Part shown: one piece after another, positions 37,527-49,188 of the stretch
Numbering within the stretch: position 1 is the stretch's first letter
How the letters are laid out: every line of letters starts with the position of its first letter
From: Euprymna scolopes
Lineage: Eukaryota
Assembly (NCBI GenBank): GCA_053919585.1
Contig: CM132805.1
DNA: 64,000 nt
Strand: one strand, 5' to 3'
Made by a program: the position numbers and the translations under genes
The notes under the pieces: model-generated
Seen by the model: only the letters and a program-made list of their open reading frames with translations
Databases searched by the model: none
What the model was told of the DNA's origin: nothing

Positions 37527-38425
37527 CAGGGTAGAACGATAAAATTTCCACCCTAAATAAAACACTACAGCTTTATTTTAAAACTTTTATTAAAAAAATC
37601 AATTCAGGTAACTTGATTATGGAGTAAAGCTGATATTTATTCAATGTAGTCGCCTTTAGCCTTAATCACTGCCTCGATACAGGTCTGAAACTGGAAGCAT
37701 GCTTTTTCCACAAGCACCGACTGGAGCTTGGCGAATACGCAGCTGATGGTGGCGATCAGGCTGACTTTAATGTTGTGGGAGGTCATGCTAGTGATGTTCT
37801 CGACATATGATAAAAGGAAGTAATTCAGCAGGTTCAGGTCGTGGAAGGAGGAAGGGGTCAGTGAGAGAAGGGCACAAAGACATAGCACTCCTTCTGAAGC
37901 CAAGTCTGGGTCTTTTTGGACTTGTGAAGTGGCGTCAAGTCCTGCTGCCACACATAGGGTCTGCCAGCAGCCACCTAATTGCACCAGAGAATCACCACAC
38001 TCTTCAGCATATCCACATACACTTTAGTGTTGGCTTTTAAGCTGACTTCAAAGATGTGAGGTGGTATGATGTGCCCCTCAATTGAAACTACACCAAAGAC
38101 CATAACCGTGGCCGGAAACATCGTAGAGCTGTGTCCTCAACCGTTGAACCGTCCAGATTTGCATTTTGAGGGTGCTGGCAATGGTTTAGTTGTTATAACT
38201 TCGATTGGTAGAGAGCATGAGTTGTACAGCGGTGCATCTTTGGCCTCACTCGTAGAATATTGTTTCACTTTCGAACATAATAGAAGATTCCTATCGATCT
38301 TGGGATTAGTACACAACTGGTCAACTAGTAGATGGTTTGAAACAAAAAAAGAAAACCGGTTTTCATCGAAGGGAAATTGAATCATGTCCTCTTATCTAGG
38401 CCGACAATTTTATCGTTTCACTCTG
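37527..38425 (-). mobile_element. Internally deleted Tc1/mariner element, maT (DD37D)-like, copy 1
   Basis: TA-flanked TIRs cagggtagaacgataaaatt / aattttatcgtttcactctg; transposase C-terminus DLNLLNY...EAVIKAKGDYIE. Confidence 0.85.
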
Positions 38426-38682
38426 TAGTGTATTTATGTAGACCAAAGCATATATATAGGCATACATACTTACACAAAAACTTATACACATACGCTCACA
38501 CAATACACACACACACACATAAAAGACAACAATCATAAAACTAAAAACTGATGGCCACCTACCATAAGTTATATCGCACCCCACCTTGAACTCATATCAA
38601 GTAACTCTGCGATGTACCTAAAATGACCCAGACTATGAGTGTGTAATTACCTACACAGACACATAATGCATGCTGCTAGCCA

Positions 38683-38748
<66 letters not shown>

Positions 38749-40128
38749 TGAAAAACCTGACATTATTCTCGATGCCGAGTAATCTCTTTCGAGATTTTTT
38801 TTACTCGAAATATCAGTAATTATAGACAGCGAAAAATGTTATTATCTTCCCTCGGAATGTTCTAGAAGTAATAGTTAAGAGAAGACAGACATTGTGTGAG
38901 GAGAAAGTAGGAAAAAATTACCTCAAAACCCAAATCAAGACACCTGGCACCAAAATGTTGTAGAATATGACAAGTTCAGTGTTTCAAGAAAAGAACAGTC
39001 ATTTTTTGTTCTAATAAATGTATTATGTATTATAATGTTTAAACATTGTATTTGTGTTTGTTGGTGAGTTCTTTTGTTTTCGTGTTTTTCAAACGATGGA
39101 CAAAAATGGTTGTAATAAAAAAAGAAAACGTTCATTTAAAAGAAGTGATTTTGTCACATCGATTTTTTTGTTTTGTTTTTATTCCGTTTTCTGTCAACAC
39201 AAAAATCGAATTGTTTTAGCTGTGTTCAGTAATCGAGCTGGCAGATGGTGGACATGTTGTCTGTAGTTCAAGTTGGGGTAAAAAAGATGAATTCTCATTG
39301 AAAATCAAGTTCGACTTCTTTTTCACCCCACTTCTTCCCGCTGGAGATTGATACGTTGTTAAAAAACGTTCATCCGTTCTCTTTGGGAACTTGTAGTTTT
39401 ACAAAGAATCAAAAGTCGAAAGGTTAAGTCTACATTCCTATTTGGCTCTAACGCAATGGAAAAATAAAACAAGCAAAAAAACAAAACGTAAGATAGTTCA
39501 CCAGGGAAATTATTTTTCATGCATTGTCGAAAGAAACTGTTAATAATTATGCTTTATCAGGTGCAACATTTTAGTTTGTTTTCATTAAATATTTTCAAAA
39601 CTCATAATTTTCAGACTAAAGCTCTTATAGTATGACAGTCATGACATGCTTACAAAAGATAAAGCCGAATTTCTGATTCCCACCGACATCTGGGTATTAT
39701 GAGACTAGGTACGTGCAAAATGAATGCCGATGCTTAAAATGTATAAACATTTTGACTCCACCCTTTACTTAAAAATTCACAAAATATCAGGAAATTAACC
39801 AATTTTATTGAAATTTTCAGTATTTATCAAATAATGATCACAGAATATAATGAACACATAATTGTTACTTAAATCTTAGTGGAAATGTATTATTTTGCTT
39901 AAACAAAAATACCTTTACTAAATTTATAGTTTTAAGTAGAAAAAAAGAAACATGAATTTATTTATTTTTTTTTAATGAAAATAAAGCATCATAAATTATA
40001 ACAATTTTTAAAAAACTAATTTTTACATCAACATTACGAAAACAAAAACCCTTAAAGTCCGCACTAACGAATTCAATATGACTCGAAGAAAAATTAATTT
40101 CTCGAACTACCAATCATTGAATTAAGCA

Positions 40129-40408
40129 TATAAAATGGGGGGGGGGTCACCTCAAATACACAAACGGAATGTTCAAGAAAGATTATCGCTACAGTCCTCT
40201 GTCTCTTCTCTCTTGGCTGATCGGGAATCATCTCCCAGCACCCAGAAATGAACATCGTTTTATAGGTTCCATCTTTACGCACACACGAGATTATATGAGA
40301 ACGGACAAAATAAAAATGCTGGCCGCCATGTTTGTTCTTACTTTTCTTTGCCTGAACTCACTCGCTGAGCACCCACGCTAAGACTTCTCTTTCTTGCTTC
40401 TAACCACA
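40129..40408 (-). repeat. 3' LTR (PPT agggaggca immediately inside)
   Basis: Matches 43941-44219 with about a dozen differences. Confidence 0.93.
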
Positions 40409-40427
40409 TGCCTCCCTGATCTCAAGA

Positions 40428-43250
40428 TCACATTTCATAGTCTCTCATCCTCTGTGGCGGTCGCCTCTCTCTACTTGGCCTCTGAGGTGTCTCGTCCTCC
40501 TCCTGTGGCTGCACACTCCTCTCCACTGCTTCGCCCTCAACTGGTCTGACGTCAAGAATGTGCCTCGGGACTCCTCCCACCACAATGTTGTTACTAGTGT
40601 TCCTCCCAGTCACGCGACCCCTACTCCATTGTGTGGTGCAGCGCGCCCCCGGTGGCTTCACCCATACCTCGCCCCGAGTTTAATTGTCCCTGTGGCCTCT
40701 ACTTCTCGGCTTGCCAGCTCCACCCTGGGATGTCTCCAGGAATATGCAAACATTGACAGTTGCGGGACCATCTCTGGTACTTATCCCAGTTTAGGCGACA
40801 TGTTATACCAGAAGACGGCTTGCTCAGGTGAGGTGCCTCCTCTTTCCGCAACTGCCTTTATGGTGCGGTGGTTTCTCTCTACGATCCCATTGCCACTAGG
40901 TCTGTAGGCAGCTCTGAAAAATTGTTGGATCTTCCATTTCTTCAGTACTTCTGTCACTGCTACTGACTTGAATGCAGTCCCGTTGTCGGTTAACAACTCT
41001 TCCACGGGGCCTCGCTCCAAAAACACCTCATCAAGGATTGCCGCTATTTCATTGCCTGTTCCTCCACGTACCTTCTTCCATAGAGCAAATCGCCCGGGCC
41101 CACAGTCAATCATGGTCAGGTAAAGTCCACCCCTGTAATGGGTGACATCGCATGCCAGTCTCTCCCAGGTCCCACTCACCTCCAATTGGCCAGCTTCATG
41201 CGTGCTTGGAGCAGAATCAATCGACTGACATCTGTCGCATGTCCTGACCACTTGCCTCACCTGCTCCTTGGTGATCCTCGGGTCGACTTTTTTCACTAAG
41301 TACCAAGTCCTCTCTACCCCCATATGCTGCAAATTGTGCAGTTCTCGCACGCCAACATCATCTAGATCCGATGCAGCAACAACATCTTTCTTTGGCAACA
41401 GCCAACTCTTCTTCACTCTCGTGAGAGCATCTGCTCGGTTCTTTTCAGAAGCCACCATGTCTACGCAAAGCTTCAAACAAAACTCTTGCATCAGCTCAGC
41501 CAGCACCCCAAGCATGCGCTTCACTCCACAGCCCCTTTCGTTTTTATCCTTTTTTTGCTTGAAATGAGAGACTTTAGCCAAGAAAACACCGTGGCAGAGT
41601 CTGTTTTGATGCAGATGTCACGTAGTCCTCATTTCAAGACCAGATTGACTTCTTTTATTGTCGCGTCTAATTCCACCACATTGATGTGGCTGACGTCATT
41701 CTTTTTCCTCAACCAGGCTGCATCTTCTGCAACTACTCCTCCAATTTCCAAAACGACCCCTGTTGCAATGCTGCTCGCATCGCACCACACGACTCCATCC
41801 AATATTCGTGGTATGTTCCAGGTTCCCCGGACTGGGTCTTGCCGTTCTGCTTCTTTCAGGAGCTCTTCCATCATGGCGACCGTTCTTTCTCCCACCTTAT
41901 CATTCCATCCTCGTCCTTCGGCGTGTCTCTTTATGTAGCTGCATGCTGGTCTAAGCCAGCTAGCAATGGGGTAATGTCCGATCAACTTTCCGCATAGGGA
42001 AAAAAGTTCACGTTTGTTGAGCTCCTGCTTCAGTTGTGGGATCTCGTTTCCCCTGCGAAACTCTAGGCCGCCTGACGCACCTCGTTTCAGTTTTAGGCCC
42101 AAAGCAGCCCCTCTGTCTAATTTTTCCAGCTCTTTGGCGACCAACCCGAACCTCTTCAAATGAGCCACCACCTCCTTGGCAGTTACCACAGTTTCATTCA
42201 CCAGAATGTCGTCTATGTATGAGCTCACTACCCCATCTCCCTTTCCCATTGTCTCCAGAATCTTCCTGAGGATAGTTGACATAATCTTGGGTGCCAAATT
42301 TAACCCGAACCCTACTCGTGTAAGGCAGTAGGTTTTGCCTTTGTACTTGACTAACTGATATTTTCATAGCTTCTTGGCAACATGGAGTTGCAAATAGGCA
42401 GATTTTAGATCTACCAACGTAGATGCGCCATTCATCTGCCTCCATTCCCTAATGGTCTCACTGCACACATCTACGGTGTCGCCTCCCGTATGGCACTTAA
42501 CATGGCCGTTCAGCACTCGGAAATCCAGGACCGGTTTACTTTCCCTTTAGTTGTTTGCAGAACGGCCATCAACGGCAAAATGCCCGACTTCACATCATCC
42601 GTCCAAGGCATCAGTATCCCCTCCTCAATCCATCGGTCGACTTCCTGCTCAAACTCCTTTCTCGCCCCTCCTCTAAGCAAATTTGTGTAGCACGCCACCC
42701 TGTTTGTCAGTGATGGCACTTGATGTTTCCATGCCCACTCCACCGTCCACCGCTCTCCGTCGAATTCGGCTCAGAAGTCCTGATCTTTGATCGACAATTT
42801 TCTTTCCTCCCCGGCCTTGTTGATCCCTCTGGGGGCGTTCTCCGTCACCGCGCACTCAGCTAGTCCGAACCTCACGTTGTCACATGTGATGGTAACACCT
42901 CCAAGGCGGCATATAACATCCATTCCAATGATGGCTTGGACACCAGGCACCAGGCGATCAGTGACAATTGCATGGACCCTCATCCGACGTTCAGCAATAT
43001 CAATAGTGACGGTCTTCCTCCCTCGACACTTCACTCGCGACCCATCGAATGCCACTACTTCACCCTTCCCTTTCCATCTTCCGACCAGGGTAGTGTGCAC
43101 ATTGGTAGTGGTGCAGCCAGTGTCAATCAGGGCCATAACTTCCCATCCTTCCACCGCAATCTTCTGTTTGGGCATCTGCTGCAGGTGCGCCTCTATTCTC
43201 GAATCGGGGCGGTCGCTGGCGCGTTGGCCTCCCCTCGGCAGTTTCCCGAA
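40428..43250 (-). pseudogene. Gypsy pol (protease, RT, RNase H, integrase) with stops and frameshifts
   Basis: LIDTGC, YIDD, WCDAS, integrase H..H..CxxC, and the catalytic DVT, TDNG and NGIVER motifs. Confidence 0.92.
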
Positions 43251-43924
43251 CTTGTGCATTTTACCGCTAAATGGCCTCTTTGATTGCATTTTTAACACAC
43301 TGTCCATTGCAAGAACTTCCTGCAGTCTCTTCTCATGTGTGGTCCCCCGCATGCGAAGCATGCGATCCCCGGGTTTGGCAGATTCCTGTCCACATCCTGC
43401 TGTACCGTTGCTGTCGTTCCTCCAGGCTCCGTGGGCTGGGTACTCACCAAGATTTTTGCAGTTCTAAGCAGATCACTCACATCCAGCGTCTCCACCCCCG
43501 GTACCTGCTGCAACCTTTTCGATATTTCTTCTGGGAACCCGGTAACAAAAGTCATCTTGACTACGTGACTTGTGGCATGTCCTCTGATGCCCGACAACTC
43601 AACCAATCTCCTTATCTCATTCGCGTAGACATCCACAGATTCACCAATCCACCTCTTCTCTTTCAACTTATTAAAGGCCTCGAAAGGCCCCTCTGCGAAA
43701 GCTTCGATCAGTCGACCCTTGATGGCGTCTGCATCACCCTGTTCCCGCTCGCTGAGCTCCAAATAGAGGGCCAGTGCGTCCCCTTCCAGAAACAGTTGTA
43801 TTACTGCGGCCACATCATTCAGCTTCTGAATCCTTGCTACAAGGTTCACTTTTTTAAGCCACGCCACCACATCACCGTCGCCATTAAAAGGCTTAATCAT
43901 ATTGCTTAAGCCTGCGTTGGCCAT
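43191..43924 (-). pseudogene. Gypsy gag with two zinc knuckles (premature stop in the second)
   Basis: MANAG...; CFACGGPHMRRDC and C*KCNQRGHLAVKC; ends SGNCRGEANAPATAPIRE*. Confidence 0.85.
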
Positions 43925-43940
43925 CGCCGAAATAGCTTGA

Positions 43941-44219
43941 TGTAAAATGGGGGGGGTTAACCTCAAATACACAAACGGAATGTTCAAGAAAGATTATCGC
44001 TACAGTCCTCTGTCTCTTCTCTCTTGGCTGATCGGGAATCATCTCCCAGCACCCAGAAATGAACATCGTTTTATAGGTTCCACCTTCACGCACACACGAG
44101 ATTATACGAGAATGGACGAAATAAAAATGCTGGCTGCCATGTTTGTTCTTCCTTTTCTTCGCCTGAACTCACTCGCTGAGCACCCACGGTAAGACTTCTC
44201 TTTCTTGCTTCTAACCACA
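43941..44219 (-). repeat. 5' LTR (TG...CA)
   Basis: tgtggttag...cattttaca on the minus strand. Confidence 0.93.
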
Positions 44220-46939
44220 GTTTATTTAATAGTTTGATACAAAAATATTATATTTGCAAAAAATATTTCTATTTTTTTTGTTAATTACATATTTCACATG
44301 ATTTTTAAATGCAAGATTCTAATATATTCCTTGCTTGAATGAATGTGAAACTTTCAGAGTAACATAATTTTTATATAATCTTTAAAAATAAAACTTTAAA
44401 AAAATTTAAAACCAGGAACAAGAAAAATAATTAAATTAAAAAATGATAAAAATTAGATAAATGTTCACAATAGGAATGTACGGAGGTACGGCTGGGAGAA
44501 AAAAAAGCACCCCCTGCCTCCCTGAAGTCATTTTAAGACATCCTTTCGGCTGAAATTTTGGGCTTTGTATAATCCATTAGACGAGAACTTTGTTTTCTTT
44601 CAGTCGAACGAAGTGAGAATTTCTTGCTTTTGGAAGCTAATTAAGCTACTTTTTGTACAAATGAGATGGGTTTTTTATTTTATTTAATTCAATATCTTAG
44701 GACTTTACTAATTATCTTTGAAATAGACCCAGAAAACTAATGCTTATTTTTCAATGTATTTTTGCAATGAATTTATTTAACTTCAAAATTAAGCTGAATT
44801 AGTTAGCTCGCCGTGAAAACATTTTTGAGGACTTTTTTTCACGTGTACTAATATTTTTTTCCTTTTGGAAATTAACTTTAGTCTTTAATCTTTCAAATAC
44901 AATAAAAAATTTGTGGAGAACTGCAAAACTATGTTCCCCTATTTTTTTTTGCCATTTTTGCTTGTACCTATATGAGACAAAACCTAATTTACAATCTTCA
45001 TTCGTATTTCATTATTTTCACTCTTTAATATTAGGAGTTTAATCTTAATACTCTAGGAATAAATATTACGATAATAAATCGCATGTTTCAATCAGAAAAA
45101 TACCCGTCCCGGGTAAAATTAATTACCTTAAACAAAACAATTTGGCATGACTTTTAGTTATAAATATAATGTTACTAAACGTTATGTCTAGAATCCTTAT
45201 TCTAATTTTGACCAAAATATGTTACATGATTTTCACTCTAGAAAATGTCGAAGGAACTTTCAGAAGAAATTGAAATTCAGAGAATATGGATTAATTCATG
45301 TTTAATAACTATCGCCTAAATTTGATATAAATCTGAAATATTTGAATTGGAAAATTAAAGATTATTCTCAAACTATTCCCTCTCTCTTGAAAAAACCTTT
45401 CAAATACACCAAAGAAACTGAAATTTAGAGAATATTTATTTCACAAAATTCGAATTATCTGAATTTTCATGTACGGTTTCCACCCTCTTTGGCTCACTTT
45501 GCATAAAACTAAATTTAACTAAATATAACCCACAGTTAGACCCATAAGTCCCCGGAGCCGCGTATCCAAATTCATAATGATTGAGGAATTAATTTATGAG
45601 TACATATAAATACCAATACCTACTTTTATATTAATAGTGATAGTGATAGGTAAAACAAAAATTTCTTCTTGCGAAAAAGTTGGTAAATTAAATTAATATA
45701 TGATGATAAGAAACAAATCCTTTTTTTCATAAAAATAGTCTAGCTGCACTGAAGAGCTGTGATACATAGCGTCTGGAAGAGCAGTATCAGATGTCATTTT
45801 GTGCAGAGTCCCCGATTTAATGTTTTCAACGTTATTTTTCTTGTCTTTCTTAAGTATCCTTCTTCTTTTTATTTTGTTTTGGAACACTGTGTCTTTTTTT
45901 ACTGATATTTGATTGTCTATGATGAGCAGCCGGATAAACTAAAGACACTATTTTTCGTTATAATCTGTGGAACGAACGTAAAACGGTAACATTTGCCAAA
46001 ATAAAAAATAAAAAAGTAAATAAACAAAAATATGATTGTGGAGTGATTCTTTCCTTTAGTCNNNNNNNNNNNNNNNNNNNNNNNNNNNNNNNNNNNNNNN
46101 NNNNNNNNNNNNNNNNNNNNNNNNNNNNNNNNNNNNNNNNNNNNNNNNNNNNNNNNNNNNNNNNNNNNNNNNNNNNNNNNNNNNNNNNNNNNNNNNNNNT
46201 ATCCACTGACACACGTGTCGTTGTCTACAACTCATAATAACAGTATAATAACATTCCAAGATCCAAATATTTATTTTTTATGAAAAACAATTTCTCAAAC
46301 ACGTTAAAATTTCAGTACATTCTGTTACATATTCGTTTCGTTATTCAGAAACAAATGATTAATGTGTTAATATCGTCTGTTTTCATGCATATACTCTTCA
46401 GAAAAATTAGAAATTCTTTGCTTAGATAGAAAAAATGCATGACAGTATAATGCTGCAAGAAGAAAAAGTTCATAGAAGACTCAATCTCGCGTGTTTATTC
46501 CGGCCCCCATCTTTGTTCTGAACATGTTCATGAACAAAGATGCTCTATTTAACATACATTGGACTTCTTTACAAGAAGGATTGGTATACATAAAGATTGA
46601 AATATAATTGAAAGAATATATTTGACCAAAATAACACACACATACATGCAAACACACATACATATATATATGCTTTAAGAAACATAAATATTAATCTTTC
46701 ACAAAAATATACATAAGATAGATTATTATTTGTACAAACTTTCAAGTTTTCATGTCTATGCCTCACAGCCTAAAAGTAGTTAGTGGAAACACAGGCAGAC
46801 ACAGATAATCATCTATATGAGTATAGCTTAGAATCTATTTATTACGTCTCGATTTCCTGAATCTCTTTGTTCAGATAACATTATTTTAGTCACAAAGAGT
46901 GTGAGATCAAATGACTCCAAGTCAAGTAAAATTCTGTAT

Positions 46940-47257
46940 ACTAGCTTATATCTGATGACCCTCGAGAACAACATAGGGAGATGCATGCAGAACAGGAGAC
47001 TGCAATGGTGTGGCCACATTGAAAAATTGGATGAGATTTCTGGGATTAACAAATGTAAAAGAATTGAGGTAGCAGTTCCAGTTCACAAGGAAAGACCAAA
47101 GAAGACATGGGAAGAAGTAATAATAATGGGCTTAAGAGAAAGAGAGATATATAAAGACCTGGCAGAGACAGGTTAGTTTAGAAGTCAATCTCTAAAAGCC
47201 ATCGAACATATGCTAGCATGTAAAGCTAACCAATGATGATGATGATGATGATGATTA
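46940..47257 (+). mobile_element. RTE-clade LINE 3' fragment with (GAT)n tail
   Basis: RRLQWCGHIEK...RPKKTWEEV, followed by gatgatgat. Confidence 0.85.
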
Positions 47258-48562
47258 TGTATGCTCACTTCGGTTGAATATTTTTGTTAACATGAAAGGA
47301 TGGTAACATAGTGAACGAATATATACTATATATATACACAACTGCTCACCCGCTAAAGGAGGAGTGAATGCTTTGGAAGATGGTATATTGACGAACGAAT
47401 AGATACTCCAAAGAAGGAGGTAATGCTTAGAGGAATAGTCTGATTAGAAGAAAACCGATACCATACCACCTTTCCCTTGTCCAAGAAAAGGAGGAAACGT
47501 ACCATTAACAGTCATGATTTCCTTCTCACTCACCGGGAAGTTATACAAAATTATGTTTAATTCTTAATAGCATTAACTGAAAAATTGTTACACTTGGTAT
47601 CTTTAGTCTTGTGGGTTGAGTTTCCATGAAACTGCAGATGGCTATGGACGATTAAACTAATGTATAATGTTCTTTTAAATATGTATACATACATAAGATA
47701 AACATGAAATGGGCTCAGCTGTAAGATCAGCTGTAAGATCAGTTGCACATGATGAGTTCCACAAGCAGTGCACACATTTCTGTTAAGCTAATGTACCTGT
47801 ATGGATTTAGCTCACCGTTTCTTGTGGATTAAATAATAGTGCATGATAGATTAAACTCGTTCATCGGAACATGCAAGTTGAACGAATTTGAATACTTGCA
47901 CACAATGACCACAAGTTCGTATGCACTTGAACCAGATGAGTAAGCAGACATTACTGCATACTGCATGTAGGAAGAAGCTGACGGCAAAACGTGATAAACA
48001 TCATTTTCAAAATTGTAAACTCAGTACAACCAAAAGTGATGCATTTCATCATTTCCCATACCCACAGATGATGACAACCGTAAACGACTTAATATAATTT
48101 GGATTCTTCGAACTACTGTTTTCATCTTGAGTATTTCTTTACAACATTTCGGCGAATGTAACCTCTGACGCTCTTCAGGTGTATTTTGTTGAACTCAGAA
48201 ATTTTTCTGTCAAATTCCGAAATCTGCATAGAATTTCGAACATAACTTTCATATAATCCACAATGGGTGGCGAGTAAATAATTCGAGATTTTATTCTGAA
48301 CATTGCCCATAATAGGATTTAACCTTCTGNNNNNNNNNNNNNNNNNNNNNNNNNNNNNNNNNNNNNNNNNNNNNNNNNNNNNNNNNNNNNNNNNNNNNNN
48401 NNNNNNNNNNNNNNNNNNNNNNNNNNNNNNNNNNNNNNNNNNNNNNNNNNNNNNNNNNNNNNNNNNNNNNNNNCAACGAGAGAAAAAATGTATATTTAAA
48501 AGAGTGTAGCCATCAACAATTGTGGGTTTTTTTTAAAAGGTTTTCATCATATTTTTATTTTA

Positions 48563-48616
48563 AAATATTTTTATAACGCGTTTCGAGCTTAGGGTGTGCT
48601 CTCTTCAGATATTTTC
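48563..48616 (-). ncRNA. Minimal hammerhead ribozyme (inverted pLTR copy)
   Basis: Reverse complement of the 52700-52756 motif. Confidence 0.8.
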
Positions 48617-48898
48617 GTAAAAAGTTTTTCTTTAAAATGGGAGTTTGTGGATATGCCTCCGCTGATATTAAATATGTTTTTCATAGTGGTGCGATGCGTG
48701 TGTTCAGTGTTTAGACGTTCTGTCTCCAATTGTAAGTGTTTCACTGTGACCGGTCAAAGTTAGTTTCAAAGAGTGTTTTTTAGTCCATATGGTGAAGGTT
48801 TTTATGGCTTCTTTAGGGTTCTTTTTTAAAGACTTTCTTTCCCCGACAACACAACCCTATACAACAAACCCCGACAACACAACCCTATACAACAATGC

Positions 48899-49132
48899 AT
48901 GTATCCTCAACAGCAACACCAATTCCAACTGAAACACAACTATCCAACACAAAAAACATATAACGACAACCCATTCAACCATTTATCACTGAACCCTCAC
49001 AATATTGTACACGACACTCATTTTACAAGGAGACATCAGACCACCCTAAAACACACCACTCCTCGAAACAAGGAAACAAACAACTCCCAGCATTTTTTAG
49101 GAAGCCCCCAGGGAACAACAATTCCAGGTTAG
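48899..49132 (+). CDS. Q/H/N/P-rich upstream ORF, probably the C-terminal remnant of a 5'-truncated ORF1
   Basis: Overlaps the open RT frame (48964 onward) and contains T TTT TTA in frame at 49093-49099. Confidence 0.4.
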   Translation: MYPQQQHQFQLKHNYPTQKTYNDNPFNHLSLNPHNIVHDTHFTRRHQTTLKHTTPRNKETNNSQHFLGSPQGTTIPG

Positions 49133-49188
49133 AAAAAATTAGACCCAAAATCATCAATTTATCCACATACTCCTTATCAAAGAACGAA

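Larger units (their letters stand above)
40129..44219 (-). mobile_element. Compact Ty3/Gypsy LTR retrotransposon (~4.1 kb), gag-pol disrupted
   Basis: Direct LTRs, polypurine tract, and domain order gag-PR-RT-RH-IN. Confidence 0.95.

Noticed and set aside
42787-43909. Long plus-strand ORFs (226 aa and 212 aa) over the Gypsy element
   Set aside because: Antisense shadows of GC-richer gag/pol coding sequence, with no domain motifs.
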